DNA from: Calcarisporiella thermophila CBS 279.70
Taxonomy: Eukaryota > Fungi > Calcarisporiellomycota
NCBI RefSeq assembly: GCF_041956535.1
Contig: NW_027192215.1
Location: forward strand, 1 to 64,000
DNA length: 64,000 nucleotides
Direction of reading: 5' to 3'
The notes beneath the pieces are model-generated. The model saw only the letters and a program-made list of their open reading frames with translations. It searched no databases and was not told the DNA's origin. This document shows positions 22,729 through 36,267 of this stretch, in pieces; the stretch's first letter is position 1; each line of letters begins with the position of its first letter. Position numbers and translations under genes: made by a program.

Positions 22729-24982
22729 TTGATAGGACGATACAAGAGGATAAAAAATGCAGCAAGAGAAAGATCCCACATCGCGTTGTTCAACCTAATT
22801 TTGGGTTTTCGGCAAATACGATTTAAGAAAACTGTCTGAGACACAATTTCTAAAATCAATGAAATTGGATCAAAGTACTGGCGTGGCGATTTATGTCGGG
22901 TATACGTCCTGCAAATAAATCGAAACTTTAGAGATTACAAGGGTAAGTTTAGTACTGAACAAACATCTTTTGATATAATGATCTACAGCTGCGGAAATAA
23001 AAAAAAATTATTGTTGGTAGCAAATGCAGGGGTGAGGATTTCAATGGACTGTAAAATCACTTTTATTAAGATTTATATGATTCTTAATTTCCAGCCCGTG
23101 GAAACGGATTATTAGATATTTTGAATTATCGAGTCCAAATTGAAAATAGGTTTCTACGCGATAAAAAATTGTAAGGACAATAAATTGATTGATAGATTTA
23201 ACATTAGCTCTGCCACATGCAATACTTTTATTTCTTTCATGGTATTATAATTGTTAGTCCTCCTTCATCTATAGTTCGATTCAGCATTAAAATGGTGGTT
23301 TTGAAAATGTTATAGATGGAAGAAAACTTTGCTAGCGTTTATGGAAAAAGTATTTAATAATGCTTTGAAGTTCATAGCAGCAACAATAGGAACAGATATG
23401 TCTATTATTAAATTTTAACTTGAAATATGTGACCTATATGTCTCAATATAAGTGATAGTTGAAGCTACAAGCTATTGAGACAAGAATGATACTGTAAAAT
23501 TCAATACGCACTACCTTAGGTCACTAATGTCAAAATTCTATAATATTAAGAGTAGATGCAAGCAAATGATGATGCTATCAAAAACAATTCAAATCAGTGT
23601 TTTTGTGATAGTAGAGTAGCAATCAAATACGTGAAATTAAAGTTTGGCCAAAGCCACCATTTAGATTGGCGCCTCGTATTTTAGGCTCTTTCCGTACCAA
23701 TGCAGAGGTTCAGAATTCTATCCCCATCGTGATCACATTACATTCATACACTCTGCTAAAACGGTTGCTAAAATGAACAAAGAAACTTATTCCTAAATTA
23801 CATTGTATCCTATCGTCACCGAAATATAATGTGCCTGAAACTTATACTTTCCTACTCTTAAAGACAAAGAATAATCTCACTTTTTTGTATTTTACATTAA
23901 AACAATATATTTCATTGTCTCAGACCACTTTTCTCAACCAAACAATACTATTTTTATTTTACTTCAATAAGGAGTGACTTGTTTATAGAAGCTCTTTAAT
24001 TTTCGTATCATTTCAGCCACAGATCTTGTCACAATATATAGAATATATAATATAACCCAAAAATCATGTACAAGCCTTATTGCACCTCAAACTAAGATAT
24101 ATACTGTATATATATAATAATTTGGGTAGGATTTGGATGTGTTTCACCATAACATATCTTCAAGAGAAATTTCTCACAATAATTTTAAATGCACGATAAT
24201 AATATCTGGTGATCCATCAGTATGGTTGTATTATTGATCCAATCTTGTGGTTAAAACCTCTCAAAGAGTTGAAGATACTGCAATAGGTTCACATTATAAG
24301 CCGCTTGACTCCCTTTTACCCGAATGTATTTCATATTCGAACCAAACTATTTGAATGAAAATATCTATATATCTATATCTACGATGGAGGGAATAAGAGT
24401 CGAGTTATATTAACATAGGTGAAGATATCTGAAAGTGGAATGAGATATTGTATTCGCCTTATTAATTGTGAATAACGCAGAATCAATAACGCATAAACAT
24501 AATAACAAAATAGAGCTTCTACTATAGCGGGAAAACTTGTATCTAACAAATAATAGGTGAAATTTCGTTCTGGTGATTTCATTCAAGTCTTGCAGGCTTA
24601 TTGTGCCAAACATTCAAACTTTCATGGATCTAGGTAAATCGTCACATTCTCAAGCGAACAATGTCAAACTGACACATTTATACTGAAGAAACCAGAGAAA
24701 TGATCTTTCGAAAATGTGGCTTTTTTATTTGTTCCCGAATTTTTTTCAAACTATTCACCTCATGCAAATTATACAACGTAGTTCGCGGGTGGTGAAACCA
24801 ACCTTTTATATTAAATACACGAGTGGTGTGTAAAGCCACGATAGTTAACTCGGCGTGTATGCATTTTCGAATCTTCGTCCTTTCGCTCAGTTAAAAGCTC
24901 CTCTCTCTCCACCTTCCGTGCTCACATTATTCTCAATTTCTTCTTTTTTGCTCATAGAGTGTTATATATAGTAATTACACCG

Positions 24983-25873
24983 ATGGCCGCATTTGATCGC
25001 TTTTATATTGGCATTCTTGCTTCTGTCGTTACAATATGTTTGATGAATATCCGCATTCTTCTCGCTCGCCCTCGGCTATTCCTCACCAAGGCTGGAGTCG
25101 CACATTTTCTCTCCAATTTATTTGCAATGTGTGCAGGTCTGGACTTGACCATTAACGAATCTCTGTTGAATTCTATGTGCACGCTAGAACTGGGATTTGG
25201 CTGCGGACTTGTTCATGTATCCAAGTTGCTTAATCACTTGATCCTCTTCTGGCGTTGCAGTGTCGTCACACATCAGCATCCTATATTGAGCTATTCTTTC
25301 TATGGGCTTGTGATTTGCAAAATAACGGCTGTCGCGGCTCATTGCTCTCTCATGAAACCATTCTATGACAGCGTTGCTCGTCTTTGCCTTGATAAGTTAG
25401 AGCCTATATCCACTCTTTCCACTTTTACCCTCGACATGGTCATCGATTTCTCCCTCACCCTCTTATTTATGATCAAAATCTATGACCAAATCCGCAAAAG
25501 TAATCGATACACGTGTGCGCCAGCCGCGAAGATGCAGCGCCTCTTCCGGGAATATGTCTTCGAAGCCATCCCTATGCTGTCTTTATCCATTTGTCTTAAT
25601 GCTATAATTGTGTCTGATGCCCTTGCCGAATATACGCTCATCATTATCTACACCGATCTCATCCTGCAATTGCGCCTTACTAACGATCTCCTTGTTCTTA
25701 ATCGTCTGACCGACAATTCAGTTTCAAGTCCTCAAACTTCCAATGCGAGCCAGGAACAACGCTCAACTCGAAAATTCGACCCTCCGGAGCACTTATCACT
25801 AGAAGAGAATGGCCATCGAGATGATAACCGTCGAGAGGATATTCGTCGGGATACACGACAAGAAATTGTCTGA
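24983..25873 (+). CDS. Multi-pass (about 7 TM) membrane protein, possibly GPCR-like
   Basis: Intronless ORF with repeated hydrophobic helices and a polar C-terminal tail; first ATG at 24983. Confidence 0.65.
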   Translation: MAAFDRFYIGILASVVTICLMNIRILLARPRLFLTKAGVAHFLSNLFAMCAGLDLTINESLLNSMCTLELGFGCGLVHVSKLLNHLILFWRCSVVTHQHPILSYSFYGLVICKITAVAAHCSLMKPFYDSVARLCLDKLEPISTLSTFTLDMVIDFSLTLLFMIKIYDQIRKSNRYTCAPAAKMQRLFREYVFEAIPMLSLSICLNAIIVSDALAEYTLIIIYTDLILQLRLTNDLLVLNRLTDNSVSSPQTSNASQEQRSTRKFDPPEHLSLEENGHRDDNRREDIRRDTRQEIV

Positions 25874-25894
25874 TACTTGCTATTTTACCCACTA

Positions 25895-25938
25895 TTCTTC
25901 TTCTTCTCCTCCTCCTCTTCTTCCTCCTCCTCCTCCTT
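25895..25938. repeat. (TTC)n/(TCC)n microsatellite in the 3' UTR
   Basis: ttcttcttcttctcctcctcctcttcttcctcctcctcctcc directly after the stop codon. Confidence 0.85.
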
Positions 25939-26280
25939 CATGGTTTTTATTCACTTCCAAATTTGCTGGATTTGAATATATATTGAGCTTATTCATTATC
26001 CCTTTTGTGATGCCATGTGGAAATATCAAATATATTGTATTTTGAATTCGCTATTTATGCATTTGTATTTCACGAAAGTTATTTGTTACTAGTTTGATAG
26101 CTAATCAATATATTAACTATAATACATATTAGCCTTTTATGATACAATTGAAATGAATTGTGCGTAGAGTACTGTAGCTACTCCCATAAATAAACTGAAA
26201 ATAGGAGCATCCAGCGCTCTTTAAAATTTATATCATTCTATGAAGCTAATTAAGCTTCAAATCACTCAAACAAAAAACTC

Positions 26281-27252
26281 CTATCCAGTAAGTCGCTGTG
26301 CACCATCGATCCTAATATTTGTACCATTTAAATAGCGATTCTCGATGACATGCAGGACCAATTTTGCGAATTCACTTGGTCTCCCGTAGCGATACGGAAA
26401 CCTTAAGAATTGCTGCATGTATGGAAAAATAACGGGATCTTTTTCCGAGAGCATACCAGTCTCTATATTCGAATATTGTAATTGTCAGTGATTCATTTTT
26501 CGATTGATAAGGCCAAAAATTAGAGAGTAGTAGTATATACCAAATGTTCCCGGAGAAATCGTCATCACACGAACACACTTGTCAGCCAATTCCTTTGCCA
26601 GAACTTGTGTCAACGCGTTGATTGCTGCCTTCGAAGCAGTATATGGCAATGTACCAATCAAATTGTCTTCAGCTGTTATTGAAGAAGTAGTGATCAATAC
26701 GCCTCTTTCGCCTAGAATTATGATTACGTTGTTAGATTTTTTTTTTGGATCGATGTTAACTAGTTTTTACCTTCTTCATCAGGTTCAACTCCTACTAGTT
26801 TAGATGCTGCTATTCGACAAATAATGATAGTTCCCATCAAATTAGTTTCTATGTTCTCCCTAATATACTCCATATCCAGTGTTGTCCCATCATCTTCCAC
26901 CAATTTTCTGCCGTTTGCCGGAATCCCCGCGCAATGTACAACGCCACGAAAGGATCCAAATTTTGATATGCCTTTTTCAAGGGAAGAATTAACATTTTCC
27001 TCGGATTTTATGTCAGTTGGTCCAGGCCAAAAGGATCGAGATCCGAGCTCTCTTTCAAGATTAGAGCCTCGCTCTTGACTGCGACCCATTAGAATCACAT
27101 TAGCCCCATTAGCAACAAGAATTCTAGCAGTTGCCTCTCCCAGGCCTCTTGTTCTATGTTAAAAAGGAGTATGAGTCAGTAAGCGAACTAAACTTAAGTA
27201 CAGAATTTACTAACGCCCCCGTGACAGCAAAGGTATTCCCTTGTATTTTCAT
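26281..27252 (-). CDS. Short-chain dehydrogenase, HSD17B10 / 3-hydroxyacyl-CoA dehydrogenase type II-like, 4 exons
   Basis: Spliced [58 protein letters not shown] and P.R.G.P.EFA.LV.HVIEN.YLNGT.IRIDGA.R. Confidence 0.88.
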
Positions 27253-28777
27253 ATAGAGTAGGTTATTAAAGCACAAATGAATTTCTCACAGAATCCAGAA
27301 AGATTTACGAATGTTACTTAATGTATACTTCATGAGATAATTCTTTTTTCTAATAGTTTCAGCTAGGGTTTAGTCTTAGTCATTAGTCAAATTGCCTAAG
27401 ATGCTTGGACCTGGTGACATGGACCCATGTTTATTACCTCAAGAATATGACTGTGGGGCATATTAGGTTCTGAAAATATTTCCAATTGGTATTTAATCTA
27501 AACAGAGAACACGTTGTATCCATAAAATACGCATATATTCTTTACAGCACCACTTAAGGTTGCTAGTTGGCATAATAGGCACACTTGATGTCCCCAAGAG
27601 AATTACGAGTACTACTCTATATCAGAGGCAGTTCAGTTTTTGAGCTTTTGTGCCATTACTCTCAACAAGGAGCTTAAATTGAGCATTATTAAAGGTGCAA
27701 TCAAACTTATGGACAAAATTGGGCAGATTTAAAGTCTAATATCACCCCTTTCATTCTGATACAAAACTTTGGAGAGTTTCCAGTGCAGACCCTGGTAGGA
27801 TTACTGCCGAGTTCTTCTAGAAACAATCGGGGAACGTGGTAATAACATAGTAAACTTCTAAAGAATGTGGGTGAAAAAAGTAGAGCACTATATTTTATCC
27901 TCCCGAATCAAGCACCTATCGAATGCCAGCAAAAATTAACAAATTAGTAAATTAAGTTATCTGTGGAAGAGGATATTGAATCAAGCTTGCGGAAAATAGA
28001 GACATTTCAAATTAAAAAAGAAAAACCAGTTTAGCCTACATTGTGCCCAGCACTTGACCCGTCGTTAGCAAATAACATAATTCGAAAATTAAAACTAGGC
28101 CGTCGACTCGATTCAATTTATGGAGATAATTATACTAAGTTGGTTTTGTAGTCGTGGCGATCTTTTTCTCTTAATATGTTTGAAAACAAAAAAAAATATC
28201 CTAGAGTTAAACGCTTGAACTTAATGAATTTGGATCAGGGTTGATAGGACTACTCATTGGATTAGGGAAGAGGGAATATTTCACTGGCTCTGTACTATGC
28301 GACACCAATTATAGCATTAACAGGGTAAAAGTGAGGAACTTTTTCAAGATATTAAACCATGCTCGGATAATGCACATGATATTGTCGAAGCACGAGCGAA
28401 TTCTATAGATAGAAACGATCGATCCTCAAAACTGCTCGGTTGAACCAGATGTGGAAATGTAAAACAATGGCAGAGGCATTGAGTTTCGTGCTTGGTCAGC
28501 GGTCTGTGACATTGGGAATGTTACATCGAATGATTCGGATACTCTGGATTCGCATTTAATCAATATCTCCATAACATTTATTGAGTTTCAATTTCAACAA
28601 GCTTTGACACGGGCTGGAATCTTGATTGATATTTGAAGTGAAAATCTAGGTGAAAATCTACTGTAAACCAGTAACGATGTATTTTATTTTCCATTAATAA
28701 TCCCGATTTCATCCATTCGAATTCCCATTTCATATGCGAAAACTATTCTTCTCTTCCACATTTGCAACCGCGTCGAC

Positions 28778-31119
28778 ATGTATTCTGCTACCCCTCACGA
28801 AGGACATTGTACTAGACAAAAGAAAAGAAGATCCCGACAAGCGTGCATTGGTTGTCGTCGGAGAAAACAAAAATGCGATGGCAATCTGAATGGTTGTTCA
28901 CGCTGCCAATTCTATGGTATTGAGTGCGTCTTCGCTATCCCGCTTGTCCGTAGAGGTCGCCCTCGGAACTTGCTATTGCAGAAACACGAAAACATGTTTT
29001 TCTCGTCTGATTCTGGTGAACAATCCCAAGGCGGCGGTCTCGTTCAGAAGGATCCCACTGATTTTGATCGATACTTCATCGGATTGAATGTGAGTCATGT
29101 ATAATGTTACGAGAAATTATCATTTTATCTGATTTTTATTTTTGTACTTTCTCCTAGCTAATACACACATCCTCTTCTGCTTATTTTCCAATATGGAAAG
29201 TCCGCTGGGCTCAAGAGACGCGAGTTGCTCATGCTCCGGCCGCCCATAACTTTAGCAACCATTTTCTCAGCATTCTCATTAAAAAGATGAGCGCCTTGTC
29301 TTTAGATGAAAATCTCTCCAAGCCTATTAACATTATCACCAACGATCCTCCAACTAAAAATGTTGCCGCGGCGATTTTATTTACGCATAGAGATCCGCTT
29401 AAGTCTATCACACTTCCGATGGCATTGAAATTGATTAATGCGTGGTTCTCGAATCATGCATTTCCCTTAATTCTCAACCGCACGCTCATGATTCAGGATT
29501 ATTGCACCAATCGTATTGATCCTTTTTTATATGCAGCAGTTTTTGGTAAAGGATTGAAATTGGATCCAGACCCCAGGTCGTGGGACCAAGGAACTATATT
29601 CTTGGATTACGCTCAAGCATTGTGGGAAAGAGAACCATACTTTCCTTGTTTATCAAGACTGCAAGGTCTCTATATCCTGGGTGGATATATGGCTTCAGCA
29701 GGAGAGTTCCGAAAATCGTTACCCTTCATAGCGGCCGCTCTTACGATGGCCGTAGAATTGCGAATTCATGAGCAAGATTCGGATCAATTTGACCAAATAC
29801 TTGATCCAGTTGAGCGTGAGCTTCGAAATAACATATGGTGGGCGCTACGCATTTCAATGACCTGGGGAGCATTTCAAATCAACTGTGCCTTAAACGGCAA
29901 AATCATGAATGCATCCATAAAACTACCGGTCAAGAATGAAAATGACTCGGCACTTTTCGCGTTGGATAAGCGATATGGTCAACTACTATATGAAACGGAG
30001 CATATTCATTTGATTCGGTCGTTTCACACTTGCGCTTATCTGACTACCATCACATCAAGTATATGGCAGCGAACAGCTACATCATTCCCCTGCCCATTCA
30101 ATATGCTAGGAATTAAAGTTCCTAAGGAGTCGAATGGCGCACCAACACAATCCAACTTTAGCCTAGGAAACATCTCTGACGACTTGAATAAAACGATAAT
30201 GGCACTACCAACCGACCTTGATCCTGTCTATGCTGCAGAGATGTTGCTATTTCTTCATACTCTCAAGATCCACACACTCTTCATAAGCGAAGGCACCTGT
30301 TCAACTCCGATTCTTAATGTGGATACCATCCCAGAGTATTCTACTTCTGCAGATGTAATTGTGAACCTCTCCGAAATACTACTGGAGAATCCAGAGAGTG
30401 TGCATCTGCACCCCATCATGGCCTTTGGGCTGAACACTAGTGCTAGTATTTACTCCATCATTGCAGGGTCCAGAATTCTCAATATGAAAAAAGAAGCCGT
30501 TGCCAATTTACGTAAGACCATAGGTTTACTCAGTAGCCAAAAAATTTTATATCACGATCCAATAATCGTGCAAACAATTGAGCGCATCTTGTTATATGCC
30601 GATAATGAGCAGATGGAGTTGCAAGCACAAACAGAAAATACAATGGAAATGGTCTTAGTTCCGCGCGTAGGGTTAGGCTCGTTGACTAATGTAGAGAGAG
30701 CCGAAGAAGATGCCACTCAAAATTTTACATTGAATGTTTTATTAATTCGCCCACTGGAGCAATCTGCCTTGAGCTGGTCGACTGAAGCTTCCTTCCCCTC
30801 GTTTTTTACACCAGAGCAGCTCCAGAATCCGTCTAGTAACCCACTGAATGACTCGAAAATAATCGTGTCACCCTCACTCCTTTATTCAACCTCCTCCTAT
30901 ACTGCCGGCGAAGAATATAAAGTAAATTCAGAACAACCATACATTTTATCGGCCAACGTTTCTAACCCAGAGCAAGTTCAGGCTATGGAATCGCTGGACT
31001 CCTCTTTATCGGTCTCGCTTGCCTCTCCAGAACAAAATTTGGCTATTAATATTGAAATCCCAACACTTCTCTCAAGTGCAATTCAGGATGCTTTTCTCAA
31101 TTGCTTAACCCCAACGTAG
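28778..31119 (+). CDS. Zn2Cys6 transcription factor, paralog of 10844-12975, 2 exons
   Basis: ACIGCRRRKQKCDGNLNGCSRCQFYGIEC.F. Intron 29090-29157 (gtgagt...ctag) is in frame. Shares RDPLKSI, RIDPFLYA, SRLQGLYIL and ERELRNNIWWALR with the paralog. Confidence 0.92.
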
Positions 31120-32429
31120 ACAACAATACCTTTAAGCTGAAGAAAAATCCATTCCATCTGCTAACATATTATACGGGATTTATGAGATTTGGGCAGAGAC
31201 GAAGCTACTAAGCTGGCTGATAATTGTAGGAAAGGTGTAAACCTCCTAGACAGCCTCTCCCATGAGAATATGGGCACTGGTATGTAGTCTAAAACCAAAA
31301 TACTGGGAGGTATTTAAATGGCTAGCTAGGTTGGATTTCATTAGACGTATTCTTGCACAATAATATATATATAATGAGAAGATTTGCACTGGAATCTCTT
31401 TTCAGGATGCAAAGTTGAGCCTTGTAATTTTCAATTGTAAATTGTGAAATTTTTCTGTAAAGTTTGTGTTCGATCATTTTCCATTTGCTTGTATTTTTTA
31501 ACCATTTATTTAATACTATTAATGAACTCTTAACTTCAGGGGGCAACATTATATTATGAAATGGCTTATCTTTAACAGGTTCGAATTAATCTTTCGTAAT
31601 GCTGGATTTAATGGCTATCTCAGAATGAAGCACTTAGTTTCCAACCTAGTATACAGTATTCTCAAATATGTTTATAACCAATGAAAAAACTTAACTAAGC
31701 GTTACCAATTATTATAGCTAAAGATGATGAAATATTTTATCTACAAAAAAGTTCAGTTTGAATTTATAAGGAATATAAGGAAGGACACTTGGTTTTGCAA
31801 AGAAAAAATAAAGACAAGGTTTATTCTAAAGACAAAAAGGGAAATTGACTAAAGAAAACTAAGGGAAAAGTGACATTGAGTGATTCCTAAAACTAATTCT
31901 GACGAATGATCGTGTGTCTTAAATAATGTAAAAAGGATAAAAGTATAACTAAGCTAAAGTGGGTTTTCATGGGTAAATGCTTGTATTGTTCTTGGCGGAT
32001 GGGTGTTGCTTGGTCTTTGATGGATCAAGGTCGATGCTAAGCAAAGGTTCTAAGGACATTGAACTTGGCTAAGTTCATTTCCTTACAGAATTCACTACAG
32101 AAAAAACCTCTGCATCAAACCTTTTAACAATTAACTGCAAGACTGATAGCTTTTTCATGCAGCTATCTATTAGTTTGAAGTTTATAAATTCAAATAACTT
32201 TAAAAAATATTTTTTGCAAGCTTTCTAAGAATGGTGATGGTTGTAAATTATAGAGTTTAATAGTATCCAATGATTACAAAAAAGTAATTACAACAAAAGA
32301 AAGTGATTACCGAGAGTAAGACTCTCTTTTTTGGAGAAATTAAGAGATTACATAAATTAATATATCTATATGTAATCATAATAAATAGTGGTATACATTA
32401 AATAAATACCGACTTTAGTGGTCGTTAAT

Positions 32430-33962
32430 CTACTCGCGAGCTGGGGCGCAACCGTCACCGCTGTGAGTGTGCTCTTTGTCAGCAGCACGGGCAACAAAAT
32501 CGCGCTTCACCTTGGGATTTCTGACGCTGGAAACATCCTTTTGGTAGTAGGCAATTCCGTGTGCAATAGCCTTGGCATTAGTAATGAATGCTTTCTTGTT
32601 AAGATTCTTGATGTTGTCGCAAGCAGCATGGTAGCACTTGTCATAAGCTTCGCCAGCCTTGCCGCCAAATAGTTTCTCCTCTTCCTTGGACTTCTTGCCC
32701 TCAGCTCCTGTATCAACACCACCAGAGGGAATACCGGCAGCAGCGAAGGGTCCTACATCAGAACGGCTGTAGGGGAATTTGTCGGCAACATAGGCGATCT
32801 TGTTCTTCTTGAAATAGTCCACAAACAATTGAGTCACTTTTTCGGAGCCAGGAGGAAGAGGGGTATTGTCACTATCGCCATTGTACACGTTGATTCTGTA
32901 GTTGGGTGAAGCAATCATATCGAAGTTCAACATCACTGCAATCTTCTTGATTTCTTCCTTGCTTAGTTGTTTGACATAGTGCTCAGAGCCCAAGAGTCCG
33001 AATTCTTCAGCGGAGAACCAGATAAAGCGCACCTTGTTTTTGGGTTTAGCATTGCGCATTTGGTAAGCAACCTCAAGGAGGGCAATAGAACCAGAACCGT
33101 TGTCGTTAAGTCCAGGGCCATCCACAACGGAGTCAGAGTGTGCTCCAACAACTACCACGTTATTCGGGTCACCATGTTTAGTCTCGGCAATGACGTTGTA
33201 GGTCTTGCGGTCCTCGTTGATCTGGACAAGGTTCAAGTTCAATTTCACCTTCTTGGATTTGCTCAACTCGATCAATTGCTTGCCGCTCTCCTGAGTGATA
33301 CCTCCAGTGGGGATCTTGCTAATATTCTCATTACCCAATGTTCCACGAACAGGCTCATTAGGAACATTGTTGAATACTACAACCCCAATAGCTCCATGCT
33401 TGCCGGCAATCAACGACTTGTTGTTGAAAGAACATCCACCACGCTCAATCAAGGCAATCTTACCCTTGACATTCACATCCTTGTAGTCACCATCCTCACA
33501 GCCAGTGGTGCCCTTTTCTCCGGCAACATCAGGAACTACAGCAAATTCAGCAGTGACTCCCTTCTTAGGGGTGCTAGCCGAGTTGGTCATGGCAAATATT
33601 GGGATATCAATGTTCTTTTTTTTATCTCCGAGCACAGTCAGCTTTTGCGAGACGGTGTGCGAGAATCGCGCAGTGAAGGGCTGGAGCTTAACCTTGTAGC
33701 CAGCTTTCTTGGTGATCTCCTGGATGTACTTGATGGTAAGCTTGTGGCCTTCGGTACTGAAGGCACGAGTATTTTGGTGTTTCTTGGCGAAGCCATTCAG
33801 TTTCTCAGCATGCTTCAACAAGTTGTTGAGCTTGATTTTGTCAACGAGCCATTTGGTATTGCCTTGATTATGGTGGAAAGAAGCAACTTCTTTGTGGTTA
33901 TGTTTAGGCTCTGCAGCCACAAGAGTAACAAGGAGGGTAGCAACAAGGAAGGAAACCTTCAT
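32430..33962 (-). CDS. Secreted M28 aminopeptidase with PA domain (aminopeptidase Y-like)
   Basis: Signal peptide; PA domain KGKIALIERGGCSF. Metal ligands and catalytic motifs GAHSDSV, NDNGSG, AEEFGLLGS, NFDMIASPN and CYH.ACD. Confidence 0.95.
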   Translation of the reverse strand: MKVSFLVATLLVTLVAAEPKHNHKEVASFHHNQGNTKWLVDKIKLNNLLKHAEKLNGFAKKHQNTRAFSTEGHKLTIKYIQEITKKAGYKVKLQPFTARFSHTVSQKLTVLGDKKKNIDIPIFAMTNSASTPKKGVTAEFAVVPDVAGEKGTTGCEDGDYKDVNVKGKIALIERGGCSFNNKSLIAGKHGAIGVVVFNNVPNEPVRGTLGNENISKIPTGGITQESGKQLIELSKSKKVKLNLNLVQINEDRKTYNVIAETKHGDPNNVVVVGAHSDSVVDGPGLNDNGSGSIALLEVAYQMRNAKPKNKVRFIWFSAEEFGLLGSEHYVKQLSKEEIKKIAVMLNFDMIASPNYRINVYNGDSDNTPLPPGSEKVTQLFVDYFKKNKIAYVADKFPYSRSDVGPFAAAGIPSGGVDTGAEGKKSKEEEKLFGGKAGEAYDKCYHAACDNIKNLNKKAFITNAKAIAHGIAYYQKDVSSVRNPKVKRDFVARAADKEHTHSGDGCAPARE

Positions 33963-34737
33963 GTTTAGCTAGGTTGAGGAATATTATGAGGAGGGGGGTG
34001 AAAGAAGAATTAAAGAGAAGAGAAAAGGAAGGTAAAGATTAAAACGAAAATAGAAAATCAATTAAAGAGGGAAAGAGAGGAAAGGGAAAATTAGAGAAAA
34101 GAAGGGCAATTAGATGACTAGAGTTGAATAAACTTAGCTGGTAGAGCGCCGAGCTTGATATTTATATGCGTTTTATTTTCCAACTGACTCCAACTGTTCG
34201 ATTATATTTCCTCTCTCTCGATTTTTTTTTCGCAAGTCTGTGCTTCTGTACGACAGTATTCGGTGTTTCTCAATTCAACGCAATTCAAACCTATACTAAC
34301 GTAATTTCTGAGCTCGAAGTTCAGAGTTTGAACATATATACTGATTTTAACAGCATAGAGATATTCAAATCAACTTACTTTTATTGCAATATTCTATTAT
34401 ATTGTCCCGAAGATGTGTTTAATAACCGGTACATGGTTTTACTTCCCTGATTATTAACTGGTTTATTTACTACTTTCCTCGTGATCTTCGAAGCTTTGTC
34501 CCAGTAAGCTGCAAAAGTTTCTCGCAAAGTTTTGGCTAGGTGTAACCTTACACACCAGTCCTCGTGATGACGCGAAAAGCCAGCTAGGAAAAATTGAGCT
34601 AACCGTCAACAAATCTTAGGCTTTTCCATTCCTTGAGGCAACTTGCACAAGATGAAAAGAGCTTAAAGTGTCCGCGCCTCATAATCATTGAAGAACATCA
34701 TAGTTTGGATTGGTAGAAATATTAATGGCTACTAATT

Positions 34738-34775
34738 TTCTATCCCGATTCTATCCCGTTTCTATCCCGTTTCTG
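34738..34775. repeat. 10-bp tandem repeat (ttctatcccg), about 3.5 copies
   Basis: ttctatcccg-a-ttctatcccg-t-ttctatcccg-t-ttctg; unit plus a 1-nt spacer. Confidence 0.7.
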
Positions 34776-36267
34776 TTCTGGTAGAATTGTGCGATTGTAA
34801 GATAAACAATTGCACAATCACGGTGAGCTTGCGTAAATGGATTAAAGATGCCTAGGATGGGCAGATAGAGTACGTTAAATTTAAACCAATAGCTGAAAAC
34901 CTATTAGGATTATCCGCTATTTATGTTGTGTTACTTTTGCGAATGGTATGTTAATTTAGAGTTAATTACGACGAACGAGTAAGCCAACGCTTAGTTCGGT
35001 ATTTCCTTCCCATCGTGTGAAAATTGGATCATCACTTCTCACTCTCTACATATATGATTTTCTGTTACTCTGCGGCGAATACTGAAATCGATAATCCTAA
35101 GAAAGACGCCAGTGAAACAATATCAATTGTTTATTGTATAGTTGTTTAGTTTTAAAGTAGGATCAACAACTTAGATTTAAGCACATTTTTATCTGCTCAG
35201 CCTTCTCCTCGACCTTATTCCATAAAATCTAGCTAAGTTGGAATTCAGCAACTAAAGACTTTTACGTCCTACTCTAGATTTCGGGTTGGGTAGAATAACA
35301 ATTGCCATTATTTGTAAAATAAAATCCACGGTTCTCCTTTTACATTTTGTACACATGACATGTTAACCAAATTCCCATATACATAAAGAATATTCAACGT
35401 GCACATCTCATCTTGAATATTTACAAGCTTTGGGTTACCACTACAATTCGCAAACGTAAAATATCTGCTCGGACAGGAACGTTCTGGAAAAATGATTATC
35501 TCAGAGCTAGAGATAGGGAAAGCTATTCGAAATCTAAGCTTTCTTTACTCTTTTCCGCTATTCCCGTTTTATTTTTTCCACTATCAAAATACCAATGACT
35601 CAATTCACCAGATTGTTCAAGAAAAGATGCTTAAATTTATAGCATTATGCTTTAATTTTATATAATAATAGCACTATGTATAAACCCATTCAATTGATAT
35701 CAAAAGTACATAGCCACATTCCTAAATTTCTTGGCGAGGCCTAGACACTGTTAAAAAATAGATTCAGTAACTGAATAGTCATTGGCTGTAAAGGCGGGTG
35801 CGACTCTCATAAACATTATATAGGCCACATCACCAATAACAAAGCAGTCTAGCTTGTGAGATAGTAAGTAGATATTCCTGGATTTAAAATAATCCCAGAT
35901 GAAATATTAATAGAAATCACATCCCTTAACGAAGTTATAATATACAGTGTCTACAATTTTCTTTTATTTCTTTACTATTGAAGTGTAACGGAAATGTTTC
36001 ATCGAAAACCCTGTTTGCTAAGCTTTTTTTAAATGCCTCTAGAATGCCAAAATATAATGCTATACGTCATACTAAGTTGTTTTCACTATATGGATCGAGA
36101 CATTAGTGAATAAAAATAATACTATCAGTTGTTGGAATAAAGAAATGTTTACATTAAAAGCCATGCCTCGAGTTTGCTAAATATATACTTTTGAATAGAT
36201 TTTGGAGGAATATAAAAATACAAACATCTGTAGCCAGAATTCAGTCATCAATTTCATTATCCTCAGC

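Noticed and set aside
23650-23735. Vaguely tRNA/SINE-like stretch
   Set aside because: A cloverleaf cannot be folded and the A/B boxes are unconvincing.
27400-28600. Possible pseudogene or TE remnant between the SDR and the TF
   Set aside because: No translatable motif could be assigned by eye.
32967-33968. 333-aa plus-strand ORF
   Set aside because: Antisense shadow of the strongly codon-biased M28 aminopeptidase; no motifs of its own.
34131-34160. tagctggtagagcg, resembling a tRNA D-arm
   Set aside because: No T-arm (GTTCRA) or acceptor stem follows.
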